From UHGV virus genome UHGV-0178950: DNA of 27,946 nucleotides, one strand, 5' to 3'. The notes under the pieces were generated by a model that did no database searches, had not been told where the DNA came from, and saw nothing but the letters and a program-made list of their open reading frames with translations. A program made the translations under genes and the position numbers. This DNA is from a virus. Below, piece after piece: positions 8,639 to 17,241 of the stretch (position 1 is its first letter; each line of letters begins with the position of its first letter).

Positions 8639-11600
8639 ATGCGATCAATCCAATTTAAACGCACACAAACGGCTGGTAAAAAACCAACGCCGGAACAATT
8701 ATCACAGGGTGAATTGGCTATTAACCTTGCTGATCACGTTCTGTATACCAAAGATAAAAATAACGCAGTAGTTCAAATCTCTGTTTCTCCAGAAAAACAT
8801 GCTGAACTTAACACGAAAGTAGACCAGAATAAAACCAACACTGACCGTGTTATTGCTTCCAACAAACAAGAGGCCGCTAATAATCTGGCTAGTGCTAAAG
8901 CTGAACTGAATCAGACTATTACCACGAAAGATACAGCGACCAATAAGCGCATTGATGCTACCAACACCACTGTTAGTAACTTAACCCAGACAGTTACGGC
9001 AAATAAAACCGATGCCGACACTAAGATCAATAACCTTACGGGGACCGTATCTGCGAATAAGACCGCAATTGAAAGAACCGTTGCCGCAAACAAATCTGAT
9101 GCAGATAGCAAACATGCAGCTTTAACGAAAACGGTCACTGACAATAACACCGCGATTAACAACAAGGTTAATACCACTAACACCAACGTTAGCAACTTAA
9201 CTAAAACTGTTACTGCAAATAAAACCGATGCAGATAACAAAATTTCTAGCTTAACTAGCACGGTTGCAGCTAACAAGACAGCGATCGAAAAGACTGTTTC
9301 CGACAATAAGAAAGACGCGGATACTAAGATTACCAATCTTACTGGCACTGTTAATAGCAACCATACCGCAATTAACAACAAGGTAGACCAGAATAAATCT
9401 TCTACTGATGCCGCAATTGCAGCCGCTAACAAACGAATTGATGGTATTGAAGGTAGCAATGATGCTCTTTACATCAAGAAGAATACCAATACTAAGCATG
9501 GTGGGTATCTGTTAAGCAAGACAGCTAACTATCTGGAAGACCAGACATCACGAGATCTTAACTACTTTGGTGCTTTCCGTACCAATGGTCAAGATGGACT
9601 CATGGATCTAACTCTTAATGTTCCTCATTCTGCCGGTAAAGCGCACGGTCGCGGATTTACTTTCCGTTATGCGTCTGGTGGATCTCGTGTTGAAACCTAT
9701 GGTTTTGATAGAGAAGGACAGAAGAACTTTAGCTATAAGATGTATCACGAAGGTGATAAGCCGACTCCTGGCGAGATTGGCGCATACACCAAAGCCGAAG
9801 TTGATAAGATGTTTGTTAAAAACGTCGTTATGTCTGTTCCCAATTCTAGCGAAAACGTATCTGCATATTTCAAATTGGCAACCGCAACAATTCCACAAAA
9901 CGGGCGTAGTGTGTTTTTCCGTATTCATGGTGGTAATGGTTACAACGTTACGGCATATGATCAGGTTGACGTAGTAGAAATTCTTCTGCGTAGTGGTAAC
10001 GATAGACCTAAAGGTCTTAACGTAATTGCATACCGTAGAAATACAAACAAAGATTTTGAGGTATTTGCTGTCAATACTTCCGGTGATAACTATGATATCT
10101 ACGTGAAATATCAGCGTTATACCGATAACGTTATTGTCGAATATGGGAAATCTGTTTATGTAAGTTTGACGGTTTATGATACGCCGGAAGCCACGTTAAT
10201 TAAACCTTCCGTTGGTGTTATCGGTGGTCGCAACGTAACTCTTTTTAATACTGAAAATAAACGTGGTGTGTTAAGTTTTGATGATAACACACAAAACAGC
10301 TATGACATTGTTCATCTAAGTAATGATAAAGGTACTGGACGGAAATATATTCGTAAATTCCGTAGCAACTATAACGAAATGGTTTGGCATGAAACCGTTC
10401 AGGGTGCTGTATATCGTCTTGCTACTGGTGCTACAGATTCTACAGAAGTTATTAGAATTGATTCTAATAGTGCAATACCGGGTAATTATAAAGGATATGT
10501 AATTACTGGTAAAATGGAATTGCACGGTAGTGGTAATGCGATGACTTTACATCGACAGACTGGTCAAGCTGCATATATGGCGTGGTGGGATCGTCGTGAT
10601 GGTAAAAACCAACGTAGTGGTTATATCGGTCATGCGGATGGTACTAGTGATGGTTTTGTGTGGCGTAATGATGTTGGTGCTAACTCATTTGATTTGGAAG
10701 GTAGTGGACAAGTAAATTTGACTACAGGAAAAACAAAAATTGTATATACCAATGGTCAATATTATTCCGCTAACGCTGATGCATTCCGTATGATTTACGG
10801 TAAGTATGGTGCATTCTGGCGAAATGATGGTGGTAAAGTTTATCTGTTGTCTACTGCCGAAAATGATAGATTTGGTGGTTGGAATACATATCGACCTTTT
10901 ATCTACGATCTTACTTCCGGTAACGTTCAATTAGGTGGTGATGGAAACGAAGATGTATTAACTCTAGAACGCGCAAGCAAGGCCGCTCGATTCTCTGGCA
11001 ACGCTTACATCAAAGGTCAACATTTAACATTTGATGCTGGTGCTGGACAATCCCGCGATTACTTCCGGTTTAACCATTGGGGCGATAGTAATAACGCTCG
11101 CGATAACATCCTACAGATTGAAGACAGTCAGGGTGCACACTTTACCACTGAACGCGCTATGGGTACTGGCAATATCACAGCACGTTTTAAAGGCTTTGTG
11201 CGTGTAGAATCCGGTGAGATTGCCTTTGATGCTAATCGTGGATCTGCGTCTCAATTTACCTTACATACATGGGGTAACGAGCAACGCAAACAGGTTTTTG
11301 AATGTAAGGATGCTACTAGTTATCATTGGTATACCGAACGTACAAACGGTGGAACTGGTCCTATCCTGTTCTCTGTTGCTGGTACATTAAAAACTGCGAG
11401 CAATATACAGGTTGGCGGTGCTGATATTGAGTTTCGTCGCAGTGGTAATAAGCATTTATGGTTTAGAGATCCGAACGGTTTAGAATTAGGTTTGATGTAC
11501 TGCGATGATGCTGGTGTTATCCGCTTCCGTGGTCAGAAACAAGGTCAAACTTGGAAACTTGCTGATAAAATGATTCATCTTGAGGCGGGGACTGTCGGCG

Positions 11601-12241
11601 GGTCTGATAAAGGTTTGATTCGTGGTAATGTTGCTGGTGGTAGCTGGGCTAGCTGGCGTGATCGTTCTGCCGGAATCCTCGTAGACTGTCCGAACTCAAC
11701 CGATTCCGCTCATAACATCTGGAAAGCGACTCATTGGGGAAAATATCATATTGCGGCAATGGGTGTGCATGTTCCTAGTGGTACTATTACCAATGCTTTA
11801 GCTCGCCTAAACGTTCACGACGCCAACTTTGACTTTAACGCTGCGGGTGATTTTAGCGCAGGTCGTAACGGTAGCTTTAACGATGTTTACATTCGCTCTG
11901 ACTCCCGTTTGAAGATTAACAAGGAAGAATTACAGGACGGTGCATTAGAGAAAGTAAACTCACTGAAAGTCTACACCTACGATAAAGTTAAATCTCTTTC
12001 CGATGACACGGTGATTAAACGCGAAGTAGGTATTATTGCTCAGGATCTGGAAAAAGTATTGCCGGAAGCAGTAGGTATTCAATCCACAGAAGATCCAGAA
12101 CAACCGGAAGCAATCAAGACTATTTCTAACTCTGCTGTTAATGCCTTGATTATTAAAGCTATGCAGGAAATGGACGCCAAATATAAAACACAGATCGAAG
12201 CATTACAGAAAGAAATTGCCGAACTGAAAGCAACTAAATAA
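8639..12241 (+). CDS. Long tail fibre with C-terminal intramolecular chaperone (peptidase S74-like) domain
   Basis: 1200 aa; N-terminal KKPTPEQLSQGELAIN box; Thr/Asn/Lys-rich tandem repeats; C-terminal SDSRLKINKEELQ...VYTYDK...GIIAQDLEKVLPEAV resembles the self-cleaving chaperone of L-shaped fibres and endosialidases. Confidence 0.8.
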   Translation: MRSIQFKRTQTAGKKPTPEQLSQGELAINLADHVLYTKDKNNAVVQISVSPEKHAELNTKVDQNKTNTDRVIASNKQEAANNLASAKAELNQTITTKDTATNKRIDATNTTVSNLTQTVTANKTDADTKINNLTGTVSANKTAIERTVAANKSDADSKHAALTKTVTDNNTAINNKVNTTNTNVSNLTKTVTANKTDADNKISSLTSTVAANKTAIEKTVSDNKKDADTKITNLTGTVNSNHTAINNKVDQNKSSTDAAIAAANKRIDGIEGSNDALYIKKNTNTKHGGYLLSKTANYLEDQTSRDLNYFGAFRTNGQDGLMDLTLNVPHSAGKAHGRGFTFRYASGGSRVETYGFDREGQKNFSYKMYHEGDKPTPGEIGAYTKAEVDKMFVKNVVMSVPNSSENVSAYFKLATATIPQNGRSVFFRIHGGNGYNVTAYDQVDVVEILLRSGNDRPKGLNVIAYRRNTNKDFEVFAVNTSGDNYDIYVKYQRYTDNVIVEYGKSVYVSLTVYDTPEATLIKPSVGVIGGRNVTLFNTENKRGVLSFDDNTQNSYDIVHLSNDKGTGRKYIRKFRSNYNEMVWHETVQGAVYRLATGATDSTEVIRIDSNSAIPGNYKGYVITGKMELHGSGNAMTLHRQTGQAAYMAWWDRRDGKNQRSGYIGHADGTSDGFVWRNDVGANSFDLEGSGQVNLTTGKTKIVYTNGQYYSANADAFRMIYGKYGAFWRNDGGKVYLLSTAENDRFGGWNTYRPFIYDLTSGNVQLGGDGNEDVLTLERASKAARFSGNAYIKGQHLTFDAGAGQSRDYFRFNHWGDSNNARDNILQIEDSQGAHFTTERAMGTGNITARFKGFVRVESGEIAFDANRGSASQFTLHTWGNEQRKQVFECKDATSYHWYTERTNGGTGPILFSVAGTLKTASNIQVGGADIEFRRSGNKHLWFRDPNGLELGLMYCDDAGVIRFRGQKQGQTWKLADKMIHLEAGTVGGSDKGLIRGNVAGGSWASWRDRSAGILVDCPNSTDSAHNIWKATHWGKYHIAAMGVHVPSGTITNALARLNVHDANFDFNAAGDFSAGRNGSFNDVYIRSDSRLKINKEELQDGALEKVNSLKVYTYDKVKSLSDDTVIKREVGIIAQDLEKVLPEAVGIQSTEDPEQPEAIKTISNSAVNALIIKAMQEMDAKYKTQIEALQKEIAELKATK
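8978..9409 (+). repeat. Two tandem copies of a 216-nt (72-aa) coding repeat inside the fibre gene
   Basis: NLTQTVTANKTDADTKINNLTGTVSANKTAIERTV... repeated as NLTKTVTANKTDADNKISSLTSTVAANKTAIEKTV..., period 216 nt (8978 to 9194). Confidence 0.7.
11896..12241 (+). other. Predicted autoproteolytic chaperone domain of the fibre; cleavage predicted at the Ser-Asp of SDSRLK
   Basis: SDxRLK-type motif at 11896-11913 followed by about 110 residues with a coiled-coil tail. Confidence 0.55.
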
Positions 12242-12248
12242 TAAAAGT

Positions 12249-12267
12249 CGGGGGACTAGTTCCCCCG
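12249..12267 (+). terminator. Hairpin after the fibre gene
   Basis: CGGGGGA-ctagt-TCCCCCG; weak T-tract, so terminator status uncertain. Confidence 0.4.
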
Positions 12268-12298
12268 TTATAAACAATTTTAATTAAGGGGTAATTCT

Positions 12299-12775
12299 AT
12301 GTCTCAGCAATTTAAAGATATTTTTACTGGTGGTCTGGTAAGTATGTTCTATCACGCCGATACCACTAACACCGATCTTGCACATGAAAGCTATGAAGAA
12401 ATTAAAGAGTGTGCTGGTTTTCCTGAAACTGGTATCGAGCGCGGCACTGTAGAAGTTAAATCCTTCTCTTCTCAGTACAACCGTAAGCTGGTAGGTAAAC
12501 TGAATGTTCCTGATCTGACTCTGACCGTTAACTACATTCCAGGTGATGCTACTCACGCTAAACTGGATAAGGCTGCCGAAGATGGTACGCGTATTCAGAT
12601 TAAGATTGAATATTATGTTGATGCTGGTAAGCAGACTGGTATTCGCACCGCTTTCAACGGCTTTATCTCTAAAGCTGCTATGCAGGGTGGCGACGAAGAA
12701 GTTGTAACCAAAGAATATACTTTTGCGGTTGATGGTGCTCCGATCAAACAGGAAGTGTTTACCACTGGCGGATGA
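12299..12775 (+). CDS. Abundant virion protein, candidate major tail tube protein, 158 aa
   Basis: Strong optimal codon bias as in the capsid domain; AAGGGGT Shine-Dalgarno; sits upstream of the G/T chaperones and tape measure; paralogous to the N-terminal half of the 7727 gene; a decoration protein is an alternative. Confidence 0.55.
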   Translation: MSQQFKDIFTGGLVSMFYHADTTNTDLAHESYEEIKECAGFPETGIERGTVEVKSFSSQYNRKLVGKLNVPDLTLTVNYIPGDATHAKLDKAAEDGTRIQIKIEYYVDAGKQTGIRTAFNGFISKAAMQGGDEEVVTKEYTFAVDGAPIKQEVFTTGG

Positions 12776-12901
12776 ACTAACGAAGAACTTCCTTTACCAG
12801 AATCGGAACCACTGCCGGAACATGAAGCGGTGGTGATTCCAGAAGTAGAAGAAGTTACGGCGAAAGCCACAGCAAAACGAGGCCGCAAGGCTAAGAATTA
12901 A
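12776..12901 (+). other. In-frame 41-codon extension after the major tail TGA stop; candidate readthrough product
   Basis: Open in frame 0 after TGA at 12773-12775; encodes TNEELPLPESEPLPEHEAVVIPEVEEVTAKATAKRGRKAKN; shares an identical 20-mer (gttacggcgaaagccacagc) with 6911-6930. Confidence 0.3.
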
Positions 12902-12906
12902 TTTTA

Positions 12907-12935
12907 AGCCCTGCCTTAATGGTGGGGCTTTTTTA
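12907..12935 (+). terminator. Rho-independent terminator after the major tail gene, same stem as 6964-6991
   Basis: AGCCCTGCC-ttaat-GGTGGGGCT followed by TTTTTT. Confidence 0.7.
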
Positions 12936-12949
12936 TTGGAGTAATCAAA

Positions 12950-13456
12950 ATGGCAAATGTCGTTAAAGTTCCTGGCTGGATCGGGTCATCTGCTGTATCG
13001 GTGACGGGTAAGCGATGGATGAAAGAAGCATTAACAGCTTTAAAAGTTCCGGCTCCGCGTAATATGTCGGCAATGGCTGGTCGTGGTATGGATACGGTTG
13101 TAGCTACTGCATCGTGGTCTACTTCATTGGGTAATAACTGGGGTGTAACTGCTTCAAACTATCCTGTTTCCGGTATGCAAAGCAAAGGATCTATGGAGAA
13201 CCCCGAAAACGTGGGCGTAGGGCGTCTGGTTGGCGTTATCGTTGGTCAATTCAATGGCGGTACTCCTACTATGGCTGTATATCTCCAGAACGGTAGAGCG
13301 GGGAATATAACCGTTAATTTGGGTGGTGCTGCTGTCACTGTTCCTTATAACAGTATGCAAAGTGGTTTTCATTACTATTGGTTAAGCAATCCTCCGGCTG
13401 CTTTCCTAACAAATATTAAGAAGACTGGCACTAAGCAGACTTTGAAAATCTCTTAA
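12950..13456 (+). CDS. Hypothetical tail-associated protein, 168 aa, Gly/Ser/Thr-rich
   Basis: ORF with GGAG Shine-Dalgarno; ordinary codon usage; lies between the tube candidate and the chaperones. Confidence 0.5.
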   Translation: MANVVKVPGWIGSSAVSVTGKRWMKEALTALKVPAPRNMSAMAGRGMDTVVATASWSTSLGNNWGVTASNYPVSGMQSKGSMENPENVGVGRLVGVIVGQFNGGTPTMAVYLQNGRAGNITVNLGGAAVTVPYNSMQSGFHYYWLSNPPAAFLTNIKKTGTKQTLKIS

Positions 13457-13501
13457 ATTCTAAATAAATACAGCGTAATCACTATTAATGAGGAAACAAT
13501 A

Positions 13502-13810
13502 ATGAATCTGAATGAAATGCTGAAAGCTCTTTCTCCGAAACGTGAATCTTTAACCCTCGGCGGATTTACGTTCTATGCTCGCCCTATGTCGGTGCAAGAA
13601 TTTAATGAACATGTTTTCAATACTGATAAAAAAGACCGCGATGAACGCTCTATTCTTCGTTGTATTGAAGATGAAGACGGTAAGCCAGTATTTGAATCTA
13701 TTGAACAAGTTAAGGCACTGTATACTAGCGTCCGCAGCGAATTAATCGGCTTAGTTGCTCAAGCATCATTGATGAAAGATGCGGCGGTAATTGAAAACGA
13801 GGTAAAGTAA
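13502..13810 (+). CDS. Tail assembly chaperone, G-like
   Basis: 102 aa acidic protein directly upstream of an overlapping -1 frame ORF and the tape measure gene; GAGGAAA Shine-Dalgarno. Confidence 0.6.
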   Translation: MNLNEMLKALSPKRESLTLGGFTFYARPMSVQEFNEHVFNTDKKDRDERSILRCIEDEDGKPVFESIEQVKALYTSVRSELIGLVAQASLMKDAAVIENEVK

Positions 13811-14193
13811 ACCCGCTCTTGAATTTTTATTTTCGGCAAATGATGCGTCGGGGCTTGAGTAAAGATGAGATGGATAATATGCCAATTACGCTATTTTGGG
13901 CGTTGCATATATTCGATACATATCTTGAACCACAAAGCCCCCTATATCAAGATGCGCGACATGCACAGTCGATGTATTACATGCACGTTACATCTCCTAA
14001 CATGACTCGTGAATGGTTGAATAAAATCAATGTTAACCAATTCCGAATGATTAAGGACGACAAGCAATTTAAAACGCAAGAAGAAATAAAAGAAATTGCT
14101 CGTAAGAAAGAGGAAGAACGTAACTCTGCTTTGGTTGATAGTTATTTCGACGCTTCATTATTACAAAAGCTCAAGAGCGGTCAATTGGGGTAA
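13795..14193 (+). CDS. T-like extension of the tail assembly chaperone, probably expressed as a G-T fusion by -1 frameshifting
   Basis: Frame -1 relative to the G-like ORF, open from 13795, overlapping its last four codons; no convincing Shine-Dalgarno for independent initiation at TTG 13819. Confidence 0.45.
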   Translation, partial: KRGKVNPLLNFYFRQMMRRGLSKDEMDNMPITLFWALHIFDTYLEPQSPLYQDARHAQSMYYMHVTSPNMTREWLNKINVNQFRMIKDDKQFKTQEEIKEIARKKEEERNSALVDSYFDASLLQKLKSGQLG

Positions 14194-14196
14194 TTT

Positions 14197-16629
14197 ATGA
14201 CAAAACATATAGTAACAATAGAAGGGGATAATAAAGGTCTAAGGAGAAGTACCAATGAAGCCGCCGACCTTCTCGATAGTTTGTCTGAAAAGGCAAGTGG
14301 TATTGATTTTGGTGGTGGCTTATCTGGTCTGACTGGATCTCTTCGTGGGATCGCTGGCTCTGCTGGTTTGGCTGCTGGTGGTATCGGCTTAGTTGCGACC
14401 GCAGTGGTTGCAGCCGCTAAAGCTGGCGCGGAATACGTTAAACAATATTCAGAAGTATCTAAGGCGACCGGACTCTCGATTGAATCCCTTCAAAGACTGG
14501 AAAAGGAATTTTCTGGTACTGGCCTAACAGTTGAAAAATTCGGTGATATCAACAAAGACACCTTAGATAAGATGGGTGATGCATGGGCTAACGGTGGTGG
14601 TATTGCTGATGACTTAGAATCGGTTGGCCTTAAGTTAGAAAACTATGCTCACTTCATGACTGATCCGCAAGGTGGTATGAAAGCGGCGATCCAAGTGTTC
14701 TATGACATGAAGAAAGCCGGAAAATCAATGGCTGAAATCAAGTTCATGATGGAATCTTTAGCCAGTGATTCAAGTCATATGACCAGCCAGCTTGAGAAAT
14801 ATAATAGTGCTCAAGAGGCGATGATCGCTATTCAGAATCAATCTGTTAACGTCACCGAAGAAAACGCTAAAAAATATGATAAATTTTCTCAAAATATCAA
14901 TAAGCTGGAAAATAACCTGAAAGGTGTCGGCATGACCATTTCTGGTCCTTTGGTTGATAGCTTAAACTGGTTATTTGACTGGTTTAATATTGATTGGGAA
15001 AAGAGTTCTCTATTCAGGGCATTAGATCGACTGAATAAAGAAGGCAAGACCGCAACTGGTGGTATTCTTAACGCCAACCATAAAGACGCTCAAAAGATTA
15101 TTGACAAGTACAATAAAGAAAAGCGTTGGAATAATCTAGCAGATTGGGAAAAGGCCGCGATCCGTGGTGCTGGTGTCGATCCTCGTACTGCTGGCTTTGA
15201 TGTAGAAGGATTTAAGAAACGTTTTGGTGGGTCTTATAAGAAAAATGGTGCTCTGATTGTCGTAGATGCTGGTGAACATCTGACACGCAAGGCAGATCCT
15301 AACACTGATTTAACTCTACCAAATAAACCAGTAAGACCAGAATCATTGGGTAAATCTGGCAACGAGAAGAAAGCCGAGGAAGAAGCACGCAAGAAAGCGG
15401 AAGAGGCAGCTAAAAAGGCTAAGGAAGCCGCAGAAAAAGCACAGAAAGAACGTGAGGATGCAATCAAGCGTCTGAATGCACTTGATGTTAAATTGCAAGG
15501 GCAAGTTGCAGCGTCTATTGCTTCTCAAAACAAGCAGTTAGAAGCCAGCTTGAAAGATTTGGATACTGCTTTAGATCTGGGCTTAATCTCTCAACAAGAC
15601 GCAGCCGCGAAACGCCAATCCTTAATCGATCAGAATACTGAAAACGTATACAAAATGGTCTTAGGTGCTGATCCTGTTGATGCGCTGAATGCTTTAACAC
15701 AATTGCAACAAATCAGGGACAATGAGTTAGAAAGCCATAAACGGTTACTTGATGGTAAGGCTATCTCCTACGATGAATATATGCGTCGTGTGAATGATAC
15801 CAATCAGAATTATAGTCAAATTGGCAATGCTTTACAGGGAATGGATGGTTTTAAAACCAATCAATTAACCAGCGGATTTGATTATCAAGACTCAAATAAT
15901 CCGTTTGCTAAATTTAATGCAATCGATAAAGAGAAATCGGAAGCCGAACAAGATTATAAGACCGATAAACTACTCAAGATTGATGGGATCACCGATCCGG
16001 CTAAACGGATGGAAGCATTAGAAAAACTCAATGAAAACCATCAAAAACGGATGGCTGCAATTGAAAAGAAATATGCTGATGCTCGCCAGTCAATAGCCGA
16101 TGATATGTATGGCGGTTTTGCTGCTGCAATGACTCTCTTCGGGCAGGAAAACACTAAAGCTATGCAGATGGCTTTCAATGCTCATAAAGCATTCTCTATC
16201 GGACAAGCGACGGTGAACATGTGGACGGCTGCTACCGATGCATGGAACGATCCGACCAACGTCACCACAGGTCAAAAAATTGCTGCTGCTGCATTGGCTG
16301 TTTCTCAGAACATGGGGAACATCGCAAACATCAAGTCTACTAACGTTAGCGGTATGGCTCATGATGGTATTGATAACATCCCTCGTGAGGGTACATGGTT
16401 GCTTGATAAGGGTGAACGAGTAGTTGATCAGCGTACTAACGGTGATTTGAAAGACTTCTTATCTGCTCAAAAATCAGGCGGTGGTAACTCTCAGCCGATT
16501 GAAGTTAATGCGCCTTTGAACATTAACGGCAATGTTAATAGCTCAGACAAGATGGTTATGGATGCTATCAAACGTCACGCTAAGTTAGTTGCTCAGGCGG
16601 TAGAAGACGCACAGCGCCGTAAGATGTAA
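14197..16629 (+). CDS. Tape measure protein
   Basis: 810 aa; Gly/Ala-rich hydrophobic segment near the N-terminus, long Lys/Glu/Ala coiled-coil stretches, position after the chaperone pair. Confidence 0.8.
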   Translation: MTKHIVTIEGDNKGLRRSTNEAADLLDSLSEKASGIDFGGGLSGLTGSLRGIAGSAGLAAGGIGLVATAVVAAAKAGAEYVKQYSEVSKATGLSIESLQRLEKEFSGTGLTVEKFGDINKDTLDKMGDAWANGGGIADDLESVGLKLENYAHFMTDPQGGMKAAIQVFYDMKKAGKSMAEIKFMMESLASDSSHMTSQLEKYNSAQEAMIAIQNQSVNVTEENAKKYDKFSQNINKLENNLKGVGMTISGPLVDSLNWLFDWFNIDWEKSSLFRALDRLNKEGKTATGGILNANHKDAQKIIDKYNKEKRWNNLADWEKAAIRGAGVDPRTAGFDVEGFKKRFGGSYKKNGALIVVDAGEHLTRKADPNTDLTLPNKPVRPESLGKSGNEKKAEEEARKKAEEAAKKAKEAAEKAQKEREDAIKRLNALDVKLQGQVAASIASQNKQLEASLKDLDTALDLGLISQQDAAAKRQSLIDQNTENVYKMVLGADPVDALNALTQLQQIRDNELESHKRLLDGKAISYDEYMRRVNDTNQNYSQIGNALQGMDGFKTNQLTSGFDYQDSNNPFAKFNAIDKEKSEAEQDYKTDKLLKIDGITDPAKRMEALEKLNENHQKRMAAIEKKYADARQSIADDMYGGFAAAMTLFGQENTKAMQMAFNAHKAFSIGQATVNMWTAATDAWNDPTNVTTGQKIAAAALAVSQNMGNIANIKSTNVSGMAHDGIDNIPREGTWLLDKGERVVDQRTNGDLKDFLSAQKSGGGNSQPIEVNAPLNINGNVNSSDKMVMDAIKRHAKLVAQAVEDAQRRKM

Positions 16630-16630
16630 T

Positions 16631-16680
16631 TAAAAGCCCCCATAGTGATAAATAATCATAAAACTATGGGGGCTTTTTCT
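16631..16680 (+). terminator. Long-stem hairpin with T-tract after the tape measure gene; 3' arm also carries the GGGGG Shine-Dalgarno of the next gene
   Basis: AGCCCCCATAGT-(16 nt loop)-ACTATGGGGGCT followed by TTTTT. Confidence 0.5.
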
Positions 16681-17241
16681 ATGTTCAAATCCAAGAATAT
16701 TAAAATCACAGATTTTACTCTTAAATCAAAACAACCTTTCTTCAAGGCGCAATCTATCTCCGGTAAGTTCCAGCGTCGCTTTACTGGCATCCATTTTTAC
16801 GAAGCAGAATTTACCGCGAATTACATGGCTCAGGATATTAACGAAGTAAAAGAATTTGTAGCACGTCACCTTTTTGGTCGTCCTTTTAGTGTGCCACTGT
16901 CTTACTTTTCAAAATATACAGGTGATGTACGCCAGATGGTAACGGCTGCTGCTGGTACTGCTCGCGGTGGGCGTAAGGTGAGAATCTCCAACTTCACCGG
17001 AACACTGAAAGCGGGAACTGTCATCCAGTTTGAGAACCACAAGAAAATCTACACGATCACCGAAGACGTGAAATCAGGTGGTGAAATGAAACTCTTCCCT
17101 AACTTGCGTCAAAACGTCCTGGCTGGTGAGGTGATCAAGTATCAGAACGTAGAAGGTGAATTTGTTCTCAAAACTGAAAATATCGATTGGAAGATCGCCC
17201 AGATTGGCAAGATGAAATTCGAATTAGTGGAGAATGTATAA
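16681..17241 (+). CDS. Minor tail protein (distal tail / M-like candidate)
   Basis: Start set at ATG 16681 downstream of GGGGGC; the ORF-track start at 16645 is a GTG inside the hairpin; function from position after the tape measure. Confidence 0.5.
   Translation: MFKSKNIKITDFTLKSKQPFFKAQSISGKFQRRFTGIHFYEAEFTANYMAQDINEVKEFVARHLFGRPFSVPLSYFSKYTGDVRQMVTAAAGTARGGRKVRISNFTGTLKAGTVIQFENHKKIYTITEDVKSGGEMKLFPNLRQNVLAGEVIKYQNVEGEFVLKTENIDWKIAQIGKMKFELVENV

Noticed and set aside
8911-9459. 182-aa hydrophobic ORF on the minus strand opposite the fibre repeat region
   Set aside because: It lies antisense to a strongly supported coding region and is explained by the repetitive, codon-biased fibre sequence; it has no ribosome-binding site.
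16645-16680. ORF-track start at GTG 16645 for the first minor tail gene
   Set aside because: It lies inside the terminator hairpin after the tape measure gene; the ATG at 16681 downstream of GGGGGC is the more plausible start.
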